64,000 nucleotides of DNA from Pontimonas sp. (GTDB taxonomy: Bacteria > Actinomycetota > Actinomycetes > Actinomycetales > Microbacteriaceae), in contig JAFMDO010000001.1 in NCBI GenBank assembly GCA_017857245.1, positions 25,713 to 89,712 of the forward strand, read 5' to 3'. Shown in pieces: positions 48,765 through 58,153 of the stretch. Numbering within the stretch: position 1 is the stretch's first letter; each line of letters opens with the position of its first letter. The position numbers were made by a program, and so were the translations under genes. The notes below the pieces were generated by a model, which saw nothing but the letters and a program-made list of their open reading frames with translations, did not search any database and was not told where the DNA came from.

Positions 48765-48950
48765 ACAAAGCTTTGAATCGGCTATCACCGAGGAGCTGCC
48801 GGAAGAAAAAACCTTCGTGGTTTGAGTAGAACCGGTCGGGTGGGCCCGTCAGCGCCTGAGAAGAGTGGCCATCTTTTGGTGGCAAGCGGGGTGGTACCGC
48901 GACCGGGAAGCCGGGCGTCCCCGTAACATCTACCCCCCTCTCTCAGGAGC
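48765..48950 (+). promoter_or_regulatory. T-box leader (Ile specifier) upstream of ileS
   Basis: The conserved T-box sequence GGGGTGGTACCGCG lies at 48888-48901. A candidate specifier AUC followed by A lies in GGCTATCACC (~48781-48790). AGTAGA and GAGAAGAGTGG elements are present. GGGGTGG can alternatively pair with CTACCCC (~48930-48937) next to the AGGAG Shine-Dalgarno. Confidence 0.75.
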
Positions 48951-48955
48951 ACCCG

Positions 48956-51900
48956 ATGGCTTTCCCTCGACACCGTCCCGGCTCTTCCGTGGAGCCCAGT
49001 CCCTCCTTCCCTGCCGTGGAAACCAAGGTCTTGAAAGACTGGAAAGACGGCGATACCTTCCGCAAATCGGTGGCAGCGCGCGAAGGCTGCGAAGAGTGGG
49101 TTTTTTATGACGGTCCGCCCTTTGCCAACGGGTTGCCCCACTATGGGCACCTCCTGACCGGGTATGCCAAAGACGTGTTCCCTCGCTTTCACACTATGCG
49201 GGGAAAGCAAGTGCACCGTCGTTTTGGCTGGGACACCCACGGGCTTCCTGCCGAGCTTGAAGCGGAGCGCCAGCTAGGGATTACCAACAAGAGCCAAATC
49301 GAAGAGATGGGTATCGCCGCTTTCAACCAGGCGGCGAAAGATTCGGTGTTGAAATACACCGATGAATGGCAGGAATACGTCACCCGACAAGCGCGGTGGG
49401 TAGATTTCGAAAACGACTACAAGACGCTGGATATCACCTTCATGGAAAGTGTGATGTGGGCGTTTTCCACCCTGCATAACAAAGGCCTCGCCTACGAGGG
49501 CTACCGGGTGTTGCCCTACTGCTGGCGGGATCAAACCCCGCTGAGCAACCACGAACTGCGGATGGACGATGACGTGTACAAGTCCAGGCAGGATCAATCT
49601 GTCACGGTGACATTTCCGCTCGAGGGTGAGGGGGCACAAGCGCTGGGGTTGGAAGGTGTGCTTGCTCTGGCTTGGACCACAACTCCCTGGACCCTTCCCA
49701 CAAATGCTGCGCTTGCCGTTGGCCCAGAGGTCGCCTATGGCGTCGTTCCTGCGGGACCTTCGAGCTCACAGCCTGGCCAGCAGTACCTGTTGGCTTTGGA
49801 CACCATTGGCAACTACCGCAAAGAGCTGGGGTATGAGGATTCGGCCGAGGCGCGTGCGGCGGTCACCCGGCAGTTCACCGGCTCCGAACTCGGTGGAATT
49901 CATTACCGCAGAGTTTTTGACTACTACGCCGATAGCGACCAGTGGGACATGTCCCACGCTTGGCGGATTTTGGTGGCCGACTATGTCGCAACGGGAGAGG
50001 GAACGGGAATCGTTCACCAGGCGCCGGCATATGGCGAAGATGACCAAATCACCTGTGCCGAGGCAGGAATTCCGGTCATTATTTCTGTCGATGACGCTGG
50101 ATGCTTTCTGGACCAGGTCGCTGACGTCGCGGGTCTGCAGGTCTTCGATGCCAACAAACCGCTCACGAGGCTCCTGCGTGAGTCGGGTCGGCTCTTCGCC
50201 GAGCGTTCTTACGACCACTCCTACCCGCACTGCTGGAGATGCCGAACCCCTCTGATTTACAAAGCGGTGTCGAGCTGGTTTGTGAAGGTCACGGAGATTC
50301 GTGACCGCATGGTGGAACTCAATCAGGACATCCGCTGGGTCCCCGGGAACGTCAAAGACGGTCAGTTTGGAAAGTGGCTCTCTAACGCCAGGGACTGGTC
50401 AATTTCCAGGAACCGATACTGGGGTTCTCCCATCCCGGTGTGGAAGAGCGACAACCCAGAGTTTCCACGGGTCGATGTTTATGGCTCACTCGAGGAACTC
50501 GAGAAAGATTTCGGGGCTAAACCCGATGATCTCCACCGCCCCAAGATCGACGAACTCCACCGCCCCAATCCGGACGACCCGTCGGGTCAGTCGACGATGC
50601 GGCGCATCCCCGACGTGTTGGACGTCTGGTTTGATTCAGGTTCCATGCCGTTTGCGCAGGTGCACTACCCCTTTGAGAACCAAGAATGGTTTGACACTCA
50701 CAACCCCGCAGACTTCATCGTGGAATACATCGGTCAGACCAGAGGATGGTTTTACACGATGCACGTCCTCTCCACGGCACTCTTTGACCGCCCCGCGTTC
50801 TCGCAGGTAATTTCCCATGGAATCGTTCTGGGATCAGATGGTCAGAAGATGTCTAAGAGCCTGCGAAACTACCCCGACGTGTCCGAAGTGTTCGAGCGCG
50901 ATGGCGCTGATGCCATGCGTTGGTTCTTGATGTCGAGCTCCGTCATTCGCGGCGGAAACCTGGTGGTCAGCGAGGAAGGCATTAGGGAGGGGGTTCGCCA
51001 GTTCCTCTTGCCGCTGTGGAGCACCTATTACTTCCTGGGTCTCTACGTAGGCGACCATGCACCACGCTGGCGCAGTGACTCCAGCCATGTTCTCGATCGC
51101 TACATCCTGGCAAAAACCAGGGACCTGATCGATGCGACCACGACCGAATACGAAGCGCTTGATTCACCGATGGCAGCCCAACACCTCCGAAACTTCGCCG
51201 ACGTGCTGACAAATTGGTATGTCCGGCGCAGCCGGGATCGCTTTTGGGCAGGGAGCGATACAGATGCCCTCGACACCCTCTACACCGTGCTGGAAACCCT
51301 CTGTCGGGTGGCAGCACCCCTGGCGCCGCTCATCACGGAAGAGGTGTGGCGGGGTATCACCGGAGGGGAGAGCGTTCACCTGTGTGACTGGCCCAAGGTC
51401 GAAGATTTCCCGGCCGACGCGGAGTTAGTAGCGTCCATGGACCGTGTCCGGGATGTCGCCTCGGCAGGTTTAGCGCTGCGAAAAGCCCATTCCCGAAGGG
51501 TCAGACTGCCCCTGACAACGCTCACTATCGTGAGCGAGGGCGCGCGGGACCTTGTCGGCTTTAGCGACATCATCGCCGAGGAACTCAACGTGGCCGGCAT
51601 TGAGTGCGTCGACCTTGACGATCACGCTATCCAGCGCTTTGGAATTGGCCAAAAATTGATTCCCAATTCGAGAGCCCTGGGCCCCCGGGTGGGCGGAGCC
51701 GTTCAAGGCATCATTGCCCGTGCGAAAGCGGGGGAATGGAGCATTGAGAAGGGTGTTGTCACGGTGGGAGACACCGAGCTCCAAGAGGGTGAATACACCC
51801 TGGAGCTCACCTCAGCCAGTGAAGAGACAGCGGTGAGCTTCCTGGAAGATGGCGGGTTTGTTCTCCTCGACACCACGGTGTCACCAGAGCAAGAAGCGGA

Positions 51901-52153
51901 AGGCTTAGCTCGCGATGCGATCCGTTGGATTCAACAGGAGCGCAAGAACGCTGGTTTGGAGGTCTCTGATCGCATCGACCTCGTGCTCGAAGTGGATGAG
52001 ACTGCCCGAGAAGCCTTGGAGAACCATCGAGAGCTTCTCGGGCAGGAAACCCTTTCCACGACGGTCAGTCTGGAACCTTTGGGCGCGACGGGCGAGACGT
52101 TGCCGGTGGGGTCCGGTTCTCAGCTGCGCGTGAGAGTCTCTCGTCATGACTAG
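48956..52153 (+). CDS. ileS: Isoleucine--tRNA ligase
   Basis: Contains [16 protein letters not shown] (HIGH-class motif) and KMSKSLRN. Length is 1065 aa. Confidence 0.97.
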   Translation: MAFPRHRPGSSVEPSPSFPAVETKVLKDWKDGDTFRKSVAAREGCEEWVFYDGPPFANGLPHYGHLLTGYAKDVFPRFHTMRGKQVHRRFGWDTHGLPAELEAERQLGITNKSQIEEMGIAAFNQAAKDSVLKYTDEWQEYVTRQARWVDFENDYKTLDITFMESVMWAFSTLHNKGLAYEGYRVLPYCWRDQTPLSNHELRMDDDVYKSRQDQSVTVTFPLEGEGAQALGLEGVLALAWTTTPWTLPTNAALAVGPEVAYGVVPAGPSSSQPGQQYLLALDTIGNYRKELGYEDSAEARAAVTRQFTGSELGGIHYRRVFDYYADSDQWDMSHAWRILVADYVATGEGTGIVHQAPAYGEDDQITCAEAGIPVIISVDDAGCFLDQVADVAGLQVFDANKPLTRLLRESGRLFAERSYDHSYPHCWRCRTPLIYKAVSSWFVKVTEIRDRMVELNQDIRWVPGNVKDGQFGKWLSNARDWSISRNRYWGSPIPVWKSDNPEFPRVDVYGSLEELEKDFGAKPDDLHRPKIDELHRPNPDDPSGQSTMRRIPDVLDVWFDSGSMPFAQVHYPFENQEWFDTHNPADFIVEYIGQTRGWFYTMHVLSTALFDRPAFSQVISHGIVLGSDGQKMSKSLRNYPDVSEVFERDGADAMRWFLMSSSVIRGGNLVVSEEGIREGVRQFLLPLWSTYYFLGLYVGDHAPRWRSDSSHVLDRYILAKTRDLIDATTTEYEALDSPMAAQHLRNFADVLTNWYVRRSRDRFWAGSDTDALDTLYTVLETLCRVAAPLAPLITEEVWRGITGGESVHLCDWPKVEDFPADAELVASMDRVRDVASAGLALRKAHSRRVRLPLTTLTIVSEGARDLVGFSDIIAEELNVAGIECVDLDDHAIQRFGIGQKLIPNSRALGPRVGGAVQGIIARAKAGEWSIEKGVVTVGDTELQEGEYTLELTSASEETAVSFLEDGGFVLLDTTVSPEQEAEGLARDAIRWIQQERKNAGLEVSDRIDLVLEVDETAREALENHRELLGQETLSTTVSLEPLGATGETLPVGSGSQLRVRVSRHD

Positions 52154-53486
52154 TACGGGGGCTTTTGAGCGGCAGGAAGCAGACGCGGTGATGGCTGCGT
52201 TGATGGCCCGGGTGGGAGAGAAAAGGCCCGAGCGCCGTCTCCACGCCATCCGGCGGGTGACGGAGCTGTTGGGGGATCCCCAAAGAATGTATGGGGTCAT
52301 CCACCTCGCTGGCACCAACGGGAAAACATCGACGGCTCGCATCACCGAAAGCATTTTGCGGGCGCTGGGCCTTCGTACCGGTCTGATGACCTCTCCCCAC
52401 CTCCACCGAATAAACGAACGCATCGTGATTGATGGGGAACCTATCTCAGATCGCATGCTCGCCGATAACTGGGCCGATGTGGAGCCGTTTCTCACCATTG
52501 TTGATGCGGAACTGGTGGCAAATTCTGAACCGCCCCTGACCTACTTTGAAGCACTCACAGCACTCACTTTTGCTGCTTTTGCCGATGCTCCGGTGGATGT
52601 TGCGGTCATCGAAGCGGGGATGGGTGGCGAATGGGATGCCACGAACGTTGCGGATGCGGACGTTGCCGTGTTTACCCCCATTGCCCTTGACCACACGGAA
52701 TACTTGGGGGACACGATTTCGCTGATCGCGGCCACAAAAGCGGGAATTATCAAACCTGCTTCGCGCGTGGTGAGCGCTCATCAATCTCAGGACGCGTGGG
52801 ATCACATCACGCTCGCGTGTGAAAAATACGAAGCACCCTTGAGGATTTTTGGCAGGGACTTTTCGCTCACTTCGGTGGAACCCGGGGTGGGGGGCCAGGT
52901 CATCAGTGTGGAAGGAATAGCCGGACACTACCCCGGCCTCGCCCTCCCGCTGTTGGGCGACCACCAAGGCGAAAACGCTGCGTTAGCGATTGCCGCGGTG
53001 GAATCCTTTCTTCACAATGGCACTCAGATGCTCGCGCGGGAAGTGGTCGAAGAGGGGGTGTCCCTTGCTAGTAGCCCGGGGCGACTTCAAGTGGTCTCTG
53101 CCAACCCGACGGTCGTGGTCGACGCAGCTCACAACCCCCACGGCGCAGAAGCCCTCGCCGGTGCGATGATGACCTCCTTTAGCTTTGACCGCTTGGTCTG
53201 CGTTATCGGAATCCTTCAGGAAAAGGATGTCGCGGGAGTTGTGGAAGCTCTCGACCCTGTGGTGGACCACTTTGTTGTTACCCAGTCCCAGTCCGATCGT
53301 TCCATCAGCGTTCACGACTTAGCCGATGCGGTATCGGCGATAGCGGGACCGGACCGGGTAGATTCTCGCGGAAATTCGGAGGAAGCTCTCTCCCGAGCTG
53401 AGGACCTGGCCGGAGCGGAGGGCGGCGTCCTGGTGACGGGTTCGATCACGCTGGTGGCAGAGGTAGCTGCCGGGAAGGGACGATGA
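52146..53486 (+). CDS. folC: Bifunctional folylpolyglutamate synthase / dihydrofolate synthase
   Basis: Contains [14 protein letters not shown] (Mur-ligase P-loop), [14 protein letters not shown] and [12 protein letters not shown]. It overlaps the ileS stop (ATGACTAG). Confidence 0.9.
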   Translation: MTSTGAFERQEADAVMAALMARVGEKRPERRLHAIRRVTELLGDPQRMYGVIHLAGTNGKTSTARITESILRALGLRTGLMTSPHLHRINERIVIDGEPISDRMLADNWADVEPFLTIVDAELVANSEPPLTYFEALTALTFAAFADAPVDVAVIEAGMGGEWDATNVADADVAVFTPIALDHTEYLGDTISLIAATKAGIIKPASRVVSAHQSQDAWDHITLACEKYEAPLRIFGRDFSLTSVEPGVGGQVISVEGIAGHYPGLALPLLGDHQGENAALAIAAVESFLHNGTQMLAREVVEEGVSLASSPGRLQVVSANPTVVVDAAHNPHGAEALAGAMMTSFSFDRLVCVIGILQEKDVAGVVEALDPVVDHFVVTQSQSDRSISVHDLADAVSAIAGPDRVDSRGNSEEALSRAEDLAGAEGGVLVTGSITLVAEVAAGKGR

Positions 53487-53842
53487 TGGCTGGAGCAAAA
53501 CGAGAGAAATCAGCGACAGAGTCGCTGCTTCAGATTGCTTTGGTGCTGGAAATTGCGGTGGTGTTTTTCGGAGCGCTAGCGCTCAATGGGCTGGGCTATT
53601 TCACCCCCACGGTTATTGTTCTTGGGTCAGGGGCAGCCCTGGTGATTCTTGTGCTGGTGTATCGGTTGCTGCGATACCGCGCGGGAGTGTGGTTGGGGCA
53701 CCTGGTTCAGTTAGCGCTGTTGACCTCTTTCCTTTGGGATGTCGTAATGGGGATGTCCGCAGCGGTTGTTGTCGGTTTCTGGATATTTGGAGCCATTCGA
53801 GGGCCTCAACTCGATCGAGGCAAAGAAAACCCTTCACGCTAA
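53483..53842 (+). CDS. DUF4233-family small membrane protein
   Basis: 119 aa with 3-4 hydrophobic helices. It is coupled to folC by an ATGA overlap. Its position between folC and ndk matches other Actinobacteria. Confidence 0.6.
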   Translation: MMAGAKREKSATESLLQIALVLEIAVVFFGALALNGLGYFTPTVIVLGSGAALVILVLVYRLLRYRAGVWLGHLVQLALLTSFLWDVVMGMSAAVVVGFWIFGAIRGPQLDRGKENPSR

Positions 53843-53878
53843 ACTCACCATCACCAACGCACCAAGGAGAAAACCGAT

Positions 53879-54301
53879 ATGGCCGGATTAGAAGAAACAC
53901 TCGTGCTCGTGAAACCAGACGGAGTCGCGAGAAACTTGACGGGTGAAATCCTGTTGCGAATCGAATCAAAGGGTTACCAGCTCGTTGACCTTCGCATGGT
54001 CGAGCCCAACCGCGACTTACTCTCTGCCCACTATGCCGAGCACGAAGGCAAACCTTTTTACGAGCCACTGGTGAACTTCATGGAGTCGGGTCCTGTGGTG
54101 GCGATGAGAATCGCCGGCCACAAGGTCATCGAGGGGGTCCGGTCTCTCTGCGGAGCAACAGACCCCACATCAGCGGCACCGGGGACCATCCGCGGGGATT
54201 TAGGACGTGACTGGGGTCTTGCCGTGCAACAAAACTTGATTCATGCCAGCGACTCAGAGGAATCCTCCGAGAGGGAACTCTCTCTCTGGTTTCCTCGCTA
54301 A
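53879..54301 (+). CDS. ndk: Nucleoside-diphosphate kinase
   Basis: Contains ETLVLVKPDGV, GTIRGD and NLIHASDS (active-site His). Confidence 0.95.
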   Translation: MAGLEETLVLVKPDGVARNLTGEILLRIESKGYQLVDLRMVEPNRDLLSAHYAEHEGKPFYEPLVNFMESGPVVAMRIAGHKVIEGVRSLCGATDPTSAAPGTIRGDLGRDWGLAVQQNLIHASDSEESSERELSLWFPR

Positions 54302-54891
54302 AGCGAGAAGAGCAAGGGGAACTGGATCAGGATTGCTATGCCGATGACGGCGTAGTTAACCACGATCAGAATCCACGAGTAGGGCAACCAGGTTGCTCCA
54401 AGGTTCTTCAACCGGGGGGATGAACTAAGAATCCCTTGCTTGAGAACCCAGGGCAGCAAGATCCACCAGAGTGGAATGTGGATTGCCCAGACCACCATGC
54501 AGTAAAGACACAGGAAGCCGATGGCGAAGACGGCTTGGACAAACATCCACATCAGCCAGAGGTATGCGGCAAGAACTCCAAGAACCACAAGAATCCAAAA
54601 GGGTCTCTTGAACGTGGCGCCGGCCAGCATGGCAGCCCCCACCATCGCTACGGCGACATAGCCGGCAACCCCAAAGAGTTGATTGGGGGTGTCAAAAAAT
54701 ACTGTGGCTTGCGGGCTCTGCATCACCGAACCGCAGGAGAAAAAGGGATTGATGTCGCAGCTGGGCTGGGTTCCACTGAGGGCCAACTGGTATCCCTCGC
54801 GGGCCAGAGTGAACGCTGCAAACCAGGCACCTAGTCCGCTGAGCAACAAATAGATTGCCATGGACGTGGACCGTCTCGTGGGGTAATTCAT
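54298..54891 (-). CDS. Vitamin K epoxide reductase (VKOR)-family membrane protein
   Basis: Multi-TM protein with loop cysteines (PSCDINPFFSCGSV) and the CLYC redox motif inside a TM helix. Confidence 0.8.
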   Translation of the reverse strand: MNYPTRRSTSMAIYLLLSGLGAWFAAFTLAREGYQLALSGTQPSCDINPFFSCGSVMQSPQATVFFDTPNQLFGVAGYVAVAMVGAAMLAGATFKRPFWILVVLGVLAAYLWLMWMFVQAVFAIGFLCLYCMVVWAIHIPLWWILLPWVLKQGILSSSPRLKNLGATWLPYSWILIVVNYAVIGIAILIQFPLLFSL

Positions 54892-55020
54892 TCCATGATT
54901 ATGGCACCACCGCCCAGAGCAGAGGCTGCAAACCGGGCACCGAGTCCGCTCACCAGCAGAGAGATTGCCATGGAGGCGGACCCTCTCGTGGGGTAGTTCA
55001 TTCCAAGATTATGGCGCCAC
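54802..55020. repeat. Diverged head-to-tail tandem duplication, period 110 bp, covering the VKOR start region
   Basis: Position-by-position alignment of 54802-54910 against 54912-55020 gives about 83% identity (91 of 110). Identity collapses on both sides. Confidence 0.85.
54888..55001 (-). other. 37-codon upstream ORF created by the duplication, ending in an ATGA overlap with the VKOR start
   Basis: Hand translation gives MNYPTRGSASMAISLLVSGLGARFAASALGGGAIIME-stop. The TGA at 54888-54890 overlaps the VKOR ATG at 54889-54891. Confidence 0.3.
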
Positions 55021-55234
55021 ACTGGTCCACAGCAGGGGTGATGTGCGATACTAAAGGTAGAGCTTTTTCACCCAATGGAAAAGCACACCAAGAATTCTCG
55101 AATCCTCGATTCGAATACCGGGGAAAACCCCAACAAACCCAAGTTTTTTCAAGAGAAACCTCGTGTTTCTCCTGCCAAAGCGTAATGCAGTTCCGGCCAG
55201 TGATGCCATGAACTGCGTGAGGAGGGCACCGATT

Positions 55235-57370
55235 ATGGTGGCCAAGAAAATAGAAGACACCACTGAGCCTCAAGCGAAGATCGCGACAAAGACGGCAGCT
55301 TCTGCCGCGCAGTCTCCCGCCGGCGAGGCCCGCACTGCGGGATCCGGAAAAAAGCCAGCGGACAAGAAGCCTGCAGCCAAGAAACCTGCAGCCAAGAAAC
55401 CAGCAAGCGACAAGGCCTCGGGTAAGCAGGCACGTGCCGCTCAAGCGAACAAGCCTGGGGAAAAACCCAGCGCTGTTTCCACGAAGGACCTTGTCTTTCA
55501 TGCTCCCGATCCTGCGCTTCTTCCCGTCTTTACGCCCGCTCCTGAGGAATCTCAGAGCGAGGGCACCGTGCGTCGACGCTCACGAGCGAACCGACCCACG
55601 CTGAGTCCCGAAGAGAAAAAAGCCAAAGCTGCCGCTGAGGCGTCCACGCCGCAGAAAGTGCGGGGTTCTACGCGGCTAGAAGCCAAACGTCAACGCCGGC
55701 GGGATGGCCGCGATGGCGGTCGCCGCCGACAAAGCGTCACCGAGTCTGAGTTCCTCGCTCGTCGCGAGAGCGTTGACCGGGTCATGGTTGTTCGGGAGCG
55801 CACCGATCGCACTCAGATTGCCGTGTTGGAGGACAACGTGGTGGTGGAGCACTATGTGGCTCGCGCCGAGGAGTCCAGCCTGATCGGCAACGTCTATTTG
55901 GGTCGTGTGCAAAACGTCCTGCCCAGCATGGAAGCTGCCTTCGTCGATATTGGCCGGGGAAGAAACGCCGTCCTCTATTCGGGTGAAGTGGATTGGGAAG
56001 CGGCAAGCGAGGGGGAAACTCCCGGGCCCCGCAAAATTGAGCTTGCTTTGAAAACGGGTGACAGCGTTCTGGTTCAGGTCACGAAAGACCCGGTGGGCCA
56101 CAAGGGCGCGAGGTTGACCAGTCAGATTAGTTTGCCTGGCCGCTACCTCGTGTATGTGCCTGGCGGCTCAATGAATGGCATTTCCCGCAAACTTCCCGAC
56201 ACCGAGCGCGCGCGCCTCAAGACAATATTGAAAAAGATTTTGCCAGAGACGGCTGGCGTGATCGTGCGCACGGCTGCTGAGGGTGCCACAGAGGAGCAAC
56301 TCACCATGGATGTGGAGCGCCTCCACAAGCAGTGGGAAGCCCTCAGCGCCCAAACAGAAAAGGCTCAAGCTCCGGACATGTTGCATTCGGAGCCGGATCT
56401 GCTGGTCAAGATCATCCGTGACGTTTTCAACGAAGACTTCCACAAACTGGTCATTTCGGGGACCCACGCTCACTCGACGATCGAGAAATATTTGAGCTCG
56501 GTTGCCCCTGATTTGATTGCCCGCATGGAGGCCTATGCCCCCGATGGTGATCCCTTCGTGGAATACCGGGTAGGCGAAGGTATCGCCAAAGCACTGGACC
56601 GGAAGGTCTGGTTGCCCAGTGGCGGCTCGCTGGTGATCGACCGCACTGAGGCCATGACGGTGGTGGATGTCAACACCGGCAAATTCGTGGGCAGCGGTGG
56701 AAACCTTGAAGAAACGGTGACAAAGAACAACGTTGAGGCCGCTGAAGAGATTGTTCGCCAGCTCCGACTCCGCGATATCGGTGGAATCATTGTTATCGAT
56801 TTCATCGATATGGTCCTGGAGTCCAACAGGGACCTCGTTGTCCAGCGGCTCATGGAGTGTTTGAACAGAGATCGAACGAAGCACCAGGTGGCAGAGGTGA
56901 CCAGTCTCGGATTGGTTCAGATGACCCGAAAGAAACTTGGGCTTGGCCTGTTGGAAACCTTCAGCGAAGCCTGCGAGACCTGTCAAGGTCGTGGGGTTGT
57001 TATTAACGGAGAACCCGTGACCAAATCGAAGTCTGATTCGTCCCCCCGCAGGAAGAAGGGGTCAGCGAAGTCGGCTCCGAAGATTGAACCCCACGGAATT
57101 ACTGAGGATGCCCGTAATGCGATAGCCCAGATTGCCAAGAGCACCGTTCACTCTGCTTCCGCACAAGCTACTTCCAACGCCGCATCCGTGGCGGCTGAGG
57201 AGAAGCCCACCCGGGGTCGGAAGAAATCAAGCTCCGCTGGGGTGGGAGTTCTTGATTCCGTGCTGGCAGCACTTCCCGAAGCACCAGGGCCGGGACAATC
57301 GAAGCGACGCAGACGCGCATCTAGCGTGCCCCTCAGCGCAGAGTCACCTCCCGAGTCACCCCAGAAATAA
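55235..57370 (+). CDS. rne: Ribonuclease E/G family endoribonuclease (RNase E)
   Basis: The ATG at 55235 is preceded by GAGGAGGG. An N-terminal K/P/A-rich low-complexity region is followed by the S1 and catalytic core (GNVYLGRVQNVLPSMEAAFVDIG, DVNTGKF, IIVIDFIDM). A basic C-terminal tail follows. Confidence 0.9.
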   Translation: MVAKKIEDTTEPQAKIATKTAASAAQSPAGEARTAGSGKKPADKKPAAKKPAAKKPASDKASGKQARAAQANKPGEKPSAVSTKDLVFHAPDPALLPVFTPAPEESQSEGTVRRRSRANRPTLSPEEKKAKAAAEASTPQKVRGSTRLEAKRQRRRDGRDGGRRRQSVTESEFLARRESVDRVMVVRERTDRTQIAVLEDNVVVEHYVARAEESSLIGNVYLGRVQNVLPSMEAAFVDIGRGRNAVLYSGEVDWEAASEGETPGPRKIELALKTGDSVLVQVTKDPVGHKGARLTSQISLPGRYLVYVPGGSMNGISRKLPDTERARLKTILKKILPETAGVIVRTAAEGATEEQLTMDVERLHKQWEALSAQTEKAQAPDMLHSEPDLLVKIIRDVFNEDFHKLVISGTHAHSTIEKYLSSVAPDLIARMEAYAPDGDPFVEYRVGEGIAKALDRKVWLPSGGSLVIDRTEAMTVVDVNTGKFVGSGGNLEETVTKNNVEAAEEIVRQLRLRDIGGIIVIDFIDMVLESNRDLVVQRLMECLNRDRTKHQVAEVTSLGLVQMTRKKLGLGLLETFSEACETCQGRGVVINGEPVTKSKSDSSPRRKKGSAKSAPKIEPHGITEDARNAIAQIAKSTVHSASAQATSNAASVAAEEKPTRGRKKSSSAGVGVLDSVLAALPEAPGPGQSKRRRRASSVPLSAESPPESPQK

Positions 57371-57485
57371 GGGGATCGTTCTGGTTGCCGAGCGACCAGA
57401 CATGGTCTATTCTTGTTCTTTGGTGCAGTTCTCCTAAAGTTTCCAGGGCACCCTCGTTTTTTCCAGCAACAAGGCAGGTTTCATC

Positions 57486-57800
57486 GTGGTTTATGCGGTT
57501 GTTCGCGCAGGCGGACGTCAAGAAAAGGTTGAAGTCGGCTCGATCATTATGGTCGACCGCATTGCGGGCGATGCGAAGAACTCGGTGAGCCTCGCTCCCG
57601 TCCTCTTCGTCGATGGCGATACCGTCACCCACGATAAGAAGGAACTCGACAAGGTCACCGTCACGGCGGAGATTCTGAACGACCTTCGTGGGCCCAAGAT
57701 CATCATCCAGAAATACAAGAACAAGACCGGGTACAAGAAGCGTCAAGGGTTCCGCGCGGAACTGACGAAGCTCAAAGTCACCGGCATCACCAAGAAGTAG
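57486..57800 (+). CDS. rplU: 50S ribosomal protein L21
   Basis: (M)[20 protein letters not shown] is the L21 N-terminus. GTG start. Confidence 0.95.
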   Translation: MVYAVVRAGGRQEKVEVGSIIMVDRIAGDAKNSVSLAPVLFVDGDTVTHDKKELDKVTVTAEILNDLRGPKIIIQKYKNKTGYKKRQGFRAELTKLKVTGITKK

Positions 57801-57807
57801 GGAACTC

Positions 57808-58065
57808 ATGGCACATAAAAAGGGCGCGTCCTCGACCAGAAATGGTCGCGACTCCAATGCTCAGTACCTCGGCGTCAAGCGCTTCGGTGGTCAGGTTGTC
57901 AAAGCCGGCGAAATTATTGTTCGCCAGCGTGGTACCCACTTCCACCCCGGCACCAATGTCGGCCGCGGTAACGATGACACGTTGTTCGCTCTGGCAGCGG
58001 GCCACGTTGAATTTGGTTCCAAGGGACGCCGCAAGGTTGTTGCCGTAGTGGACGCCGCTGTCTAG
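57808..58065 (+). CDS. rpmA: 50S ribosomal protein L27
   Basis: [29 protein letters not shown] is the canonical L27 sequence. Confidence 0.95.
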   Translation: MAHKKGASSTRNGRDSNAQYLGVKRFGGQVVKAGEIIVRQRGTHFHPGTNVGRGNDDTLFALAAGHVEFGSKGRRKVVAVVDAAV

Positions 58066-58089
58066 TTTCACTCACACACTGTGATGGGA

Positions 58090-58119
58090 GGGCGAGCTTC
58101 GGCTCGCCCTTTCCTCTTG
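58090..58119 (+). terminator. Rho-independent terminator after rpmA
   Basis: GGGCGAGC-TTCG-GCTCGCCC (8-bp GC-rich stem with a tetraloop) followed by TTTCCTCTT. Confidence 0.7.
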
Positions 58120-58153
58120 TGTGGGACAGTTAGCCTCAAGGAGAAAGGGTGTT

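Noticed and set aside
55352-55405. A 15-bp tandem periodicity (AAGAAGCCTGCAGCC-like) inside rne.
   Set aside because: It encodes the K/P/A-rich low-complexity N-terminal region (KKPAAKKPAAKKPA) common in actinobacterial RNase E. It is not a non-coding repeat or a CRISPR-like array.
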